From Protoeuglena noctilucae (taxonomy: Eukaryota): a DNA stretch of 64,000 bases. Positions 59,729 to 64,000 of this stretch are shown one piece after another. The position numbers were made by a program, and so were the translations under genes. The notes under the pieces were generated by a model. That model ran no database searches. It was given only the letters and a program-made list of their open reading frames with translations, and was not told the origin of the DNA. The stretch lies in assembly GCA_958009085.1 (NCBI GenBank), contig OY253683.1, positions 496,001 to 560,000 on the forward strand. Reading direction: 5' to 3'. The stretch's first letter is position 1. Each line of letters begins with the position of its first letter.

Positions 59729-60794
59729 ATGCGGGGCCAGCCGGCCCTGATTAGTACAAAGCCACGAGCGGTGGTTACTGCCACGCCGCGGGGTCGCAAC
59801 GCATGCGCCGCGGCGAAGAAAGGGGGCAAGCGAGCGAAGTGGGTGCCCGACGCTCCGGCTACGCTCAAGGAGCCTTCCTCAGCACCGGCACTTCAGGGCG
59901 ATGATGAGCTGCCAGGAACCCGCGCGGCGCGTGAAGGGGAGCCCGCTTCTGGTCGCCCCGTGCCGGAAGACGCTGAGGCAGGGACGCTCGACCCGTTGCC
60001 GGTGGTCTCGCGAGGCCGAATATTCACGTCGTGCGCCCTGACAGCGGTGGGCATGACGGGCCTGGGATGGATTGCACGGCGAGTCGCAGAGGACGTGGGC
60101 CCCGCGGTGGTCACCTTCTCCCCCGACGTCGTGAGGGAGGTGGCGTCTGTGCCGCAGGTCGGGGCCGCGCCAGACAGGGCAGGGCACCGTCCATCCCTCT
60201 CCTTCCAGTAGACCAAACAGCCTCTCCACTCCTCTCCCGCAGCCCTTCCCTCTGGAGGACGTGGCCATCGCAGCGGCCATCGCCGGGGGTGTCACGGGGG
60301 CACGCATGCTCTTGGCACGTGCCTGGCCCCCTTTCGCGGCCGCCACCGACCGCTCGCTGACCCAGGTCCTGGGGCCCCTTACCTGGGGCGACCTCCTCTG
60401 GGTCTCGGGGCTCCCTGCCGCGTCAGAGGAGGTGCTCTTTCGGGGTGGTCTGCTCGTCGCCATATCCCCCGACTGGGTCGGCGCGGTGATATCCGGGGCC
60501 GTGTTTGGCGCACTGCATGTCTCGGGAAGGCGCAACACCTCCTCCGCTGCGTTCGCGACGGCAGGTGAGACAGAGACGCGGGGTTAAAGCGACACAGTTG
60601 TGTTACTGTGAGAAGCTGACAGACGGTATCATGCCCCACTCGTTGCTTCCCTCCCAGTGGGCATCGTGTACGGCATGGGCATGCTGTGGACGCACGACCT
60701 GGCCGTGCCCATTCTGGCCCACTGGCTGGCCAACCTCTCTTCGGCTGCCATATGGAAAGCGGCCAACGGGGGCGGGCCGAGCACAAGCGCATGA
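59729..60794 (+). CDS. CPBP / CAAX amino-terminal protease (Abi) family membrane protein, probably plastid
   Basis: LPAASEEVLFRG (EExxxR), FGALH (FxxxH), LAVPILAHWLAN (H..N); Arg/Lys-rich presequence. Confidence 0.88.
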
Positions 60795-61134
60795 GGTCGT
60801 TCAAGCTTTCTTCCAGGGTCACGGGCTGACAGAGCAAGTGAGCTAAGCGGTCCATGAGGTTACATGACGCTAGACTCGCCGCAGGCGCTGCTGGCTTGCG
60901 GATAGGAAAGGCGGGCGATGCGGGGCGATGCTGCAGAGTGCGCTCTCTGCCCCCTGAAAAGACGACGTTGTATGTGAAACAAGCCGGAACGGAAGAGTCT
61001 ATGCACGGGCGTTACAGCCAACTTGCGGTGCAGTTGGGCGGATAGAGGTCACGGGAAGCCAGCCCACTGGGCGCGTCAGCTTGCCAGCACCTCTGGTGAA
61101 GCGGGACAGACACGTGCATGGGTCGGCTGAGCTG

Positions 61135-64000
61135 CTAACCCATCTCGGCGTCCGAGGAGGGGGACGCCCGGGGGGTCTGGAAGAGGGACGAGAGGACGCC
61201 AGAGAACTCGGCGAGGCTGCCGTGGAAGTGGTTGACGCAGAGGAGGGCGGGGCGAGGGGGGCAAGGCGGAGGGGACGGCAGGCCGCCGCTCAGGGAGCTC
61301 CCTGCGCACAGAAGCACCGTGGGGGATTATCAATACCAATATCCCCCGCATCTCTGCGTCACTGGCCCCCCATGCAGCAAATGACACCGTAGTAGCACTG
61401 GTAGTACTTACCAGGTGAGAAGGGGGCCCGTGCGTGCCGGCGTCCCCGGTAGCTGGGCGACCGCACTTGGGGGGACTTGAGGCTGAGGCCGGTGCGGTCC
61501 GGCCACCCGCGCGCCGTGAGGCCACCCGGCGAGTGGGGCACAGCAGGGGGGCTGCGCAGGCCCTGGGGAGTGCCCTGGGAGGAGGCGGGGGCGCCGAGGG
61601 GGGCGCCGAGGGCCAGGACGGGGCAGCGGCAGTGGGCACAGAGGAAGAGGGCCCACCCCGGCTCCACGGTCGCCTCGGCAGGGGTGGCCTCGACCAGGGG
61701 GCTCACGGGGTCCACGTCGATGTGGGTCTCCGTGAGATGCGCCCAGTGGACCTCGGGGTGGGGGGAGGGGTCGTCGGAGCGGGAGGCGATGCGCGCGGCG
61801 TGGGGCTGGCAGGCGACGGGGCACCGGCCAGGGGCTGCGGGCGGCGGGAGCAGTGGCGTTGAGGGGCGGGAGAGGCGGAGTTCTGTTTACGGTATTCGCA
61901 GCTTGTGTCACTCGCCTGTTGCGCGGCAGTGCGTGAGCGGGACGGGGTGGCCCTTGGGCGCCGTGATGGCGGCGCGGGAGGCGTGGCACGGGCAGGTCAC
62001 GACGGGCAGCTTGGCCCACCGCGCGGCCTTGTCCGCGACCTGCTGGCTCCACAGCGAGAGCAGCTGCACGTGCGCGGGGCTCAGGTGGCAGCGCAGGCAC
62101 CGGCGCTGGACGTGCAGGACGCTCTGAAACAGCGTCAGCCCCATCGACAGCATCACGTACGCCACCGCGGCAGCCGTCGCGTCCGCCTGCGTGCAGAAAC
62201 GGTGCTCGTCTCGTCATAGTGAGACGGAGCGCATACAGCCGCCGCCACCCCTCGCGGCGCCCCTCACCTCGGTGCCATCTGCGTACAGCAGGAGCACCGT
62301 GCCCGTGTCGCTCGCCAGGGTCTTGGACTGGGCCGCCCCCGCGCCCGCCTCGGGGTCCGGGGCCCCGCGGGCCACGGGGCTGCCGAAGCTGAGTTCCGAG
62401 GCGGCGCTGCACGTGCTGGCGTCTGGGCCGGCCCTCCCCAGCGACACAGAGACAGCCCCCGCCTCCGTCGCGGCCGAGGGTGACACCACGCTGGCGCGGG
62501 AGGCGCGGTGCGGCGTGGAGCCCAGGGGACCCGGGAAGGCCCAGAAGCCGGGTGCCTCGGGCGTGGGGGCGTCGACGCTGGCGCGGCTCGGGGAGGTGTC
62601 GTGATCCGGGGTGGGCGTGGCGGCGGCGGCCAGGCCGGCGAGGCAGGCGCCCCCCCTGGCGGCGGCGATGTGGCGGAGGATGAGGTTGACCGCGCGCAGC
62701 ATGGGCATCAGGGCCACGCCCGCCGGGTCGCGGGAGGCGGGGTTCCATGCACCCCTGGGTGACGCGCCGGGTACCTCCACGACGTGGCAGGGGAGGTGGG
62801 CAGCGTGGCAGAGGAGCTTGGCGGAGGCGACCTCGGCGTGCGTTGAGGACCCGAAGGCCATCAGCTGGGGCGAGAGGACGACCGCGGCCGAGATGCGCAG
62901 GCGGGCGAGCTCGCGGGCGTCCCCCAAAAGGGCGGTGCCGGCGGGCAGCGTGGCGACCAGAAGCCCCGGGGCAGCGGCGGCGGAGTGGGCGGCGCGCCAG
63001 GCGTGCATGGGGAGGAGGGCCGACACGTCCGATGCCTCCAGGGCGCGCGTGTTGGGGGCCCGCGCCGCCGCCCGGGCCCGCCGCGCCTGCGCCAGGGACC
63101 CCGCGCGGTCGGCCGCGGTGGTGGGGGCGCCGGAGGTGACGGAGGACACGGAGGGAGGCGGCTTTGCGTCCGCGAAGGCGACCGAGGCGGAGACGGACGA
63201 GGCGGTGGGCGTGGCGCTGGGCAGGGAGATGCGGAGGTGCGGGAGGCCCAGGGGGCCGGTCGGCGGGGGCGGGGTGGCGGGCGCACCCGGGGCCGCGGCT
63301 GCGAGGACCTCATGCACCCTCGCGCGGACCTGGGCCAGCGAGGGGCGCTGTCGGGGGTCGCGGACGAGGATGTAGCGGAGGATGGCGGCGACGTCGGGGA
63401 TTTCGTTCAGAGTGGCGAGGCGGGCTTCGGGGAAGAGGGGCTGGGCGTCCTGGGTGAGGCGGATGAAGAACCGGATCCAGTCGGGGTCGTAGAAGAGGAG
63501 CTCCCCGGTGGTGAGCTCGTAGAGGAGGCAGCCCAGGGACCAGACGTCCGCGGGTGGGCCGACGCCGGTGCCGGCGCGGCGGGCGTGGGCGACCTGGAGC
63601 ATCTCGGGGGACTTGACGAACTCGGTGCCGCGGTTGCGCCGCGTGGCGGGGTCGTCGCCGGGCCGGAAGAGCCGCGACTCGCCGAAGTCGGCGAGCACGA
63701 CGCGGAAGGGGAGGCGGTCGAGGTCCCAAAGGGACTCCCAGGGAGCGGCAGGGTCGAGGGGCGCAAGGAGGACGTTGTCGCATTTGAGGTCGTAGTGGAC
63801 CACGCCGCGCTCGGCCATGGCCACCACGGCGTCGACGACGGCGGCGAAGACGCGGAGGAGGGGCCGGGCGGAGGCGGCGGCGCTGGGGAGCGCGGCGCGC
63901 CAGTCCCGGAGCGACAGGGCCAGGTCCTCCAACACCAGGTAGATGTGGTGGTCATCGACGCCGTAGTCGTGCAGTCCGCACGCCCAGGGGAGGCCGTTGA
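61135..64000 (-). CDS. Ser/Thr protein kinase fused to a degenerate dual-specificity-phosphatase-like domain and Cys-rich tail; 5' part outside the window
   Basis: HYDLKCDNVLL, ADFGES, GTEFVKSPEML, DVWSLGCLLYEL, RQRPS; later VLLLYADGTE|ADATAAAVAYVMLSMGLTLFQSVLHVQRR; CPC...CAHCRC. Confidence 0.85.

Noticed and set aside
59729..60794. CPBP/Abi gene as part of a defence system with the SLATT gene
   Set aside because: It looks like the ordinary plastid CPBP protein of plants and algae and lies ~17 kb away with unrelated genes between.
1..64000. Transposons, viral insertions, tRNA or rRNA genes
   Set aside because: No transposase, RT, integrase or capsid motifs, terminal repeats or recognisable structural RNA seen; nearly all sequence is explained by host genes and short spacers.

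Overview
Gene-dense, very GC-rich eukaryotic nuclear DNA with short spliceosomal introns (mostly 80-200 nt). Several products have plastid or thylakoid-type presequences, so the source is most likely a compact-genome green alga (chlorophyte); the species cannot be fixed from sequence alone. About 21 intron-containing genes were reconstructed by hand: omega-amidase (NIT2-like), mitochondrial aspartate aminotransferase, SF3A3, TMEM14/FAX, a giant surface protein, FolD, JMJD4-like, SERAC1-like, a family-16 methyltransferase, PAP/fibrillin, a SLATT/DUF4231 protein, an FHA-like protein, FKBP, YbaB/STIC2-like, ZIFL-type MFS, RNF32-like, SNM1/PSO2, a CPBP protease, a kinase-pseudophosphatase and two low-complexity unknowns. 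Highlights: (1) an ~3,840-aa type II membrane protein (8255-21140, minus) combining FnIII-like repeats, extensin- and mucin-like stalks, a TMEM132-like cohesin+Ig block, a second cohesin, paired RRLL/RALAQ putative cleavage sites and a dockerin-like motif, i.e. a candidate eukaryotic cohesin-dockerin surface assembly; (2) an intron-containing bacterial-type SLATT (DUF4231) two-TM domain; (3) at least 12 GC-AG introns; (4) an in-frame TAA in an otherwise intact JMJD4-like gene; (5) eight head-to-head gene pairs, one being omega-amidase plus AspAT. All family assignments come from motif recognition from memory, not from database searches. No rRNA, tRNA, CRISPR array or transposon was recognised.
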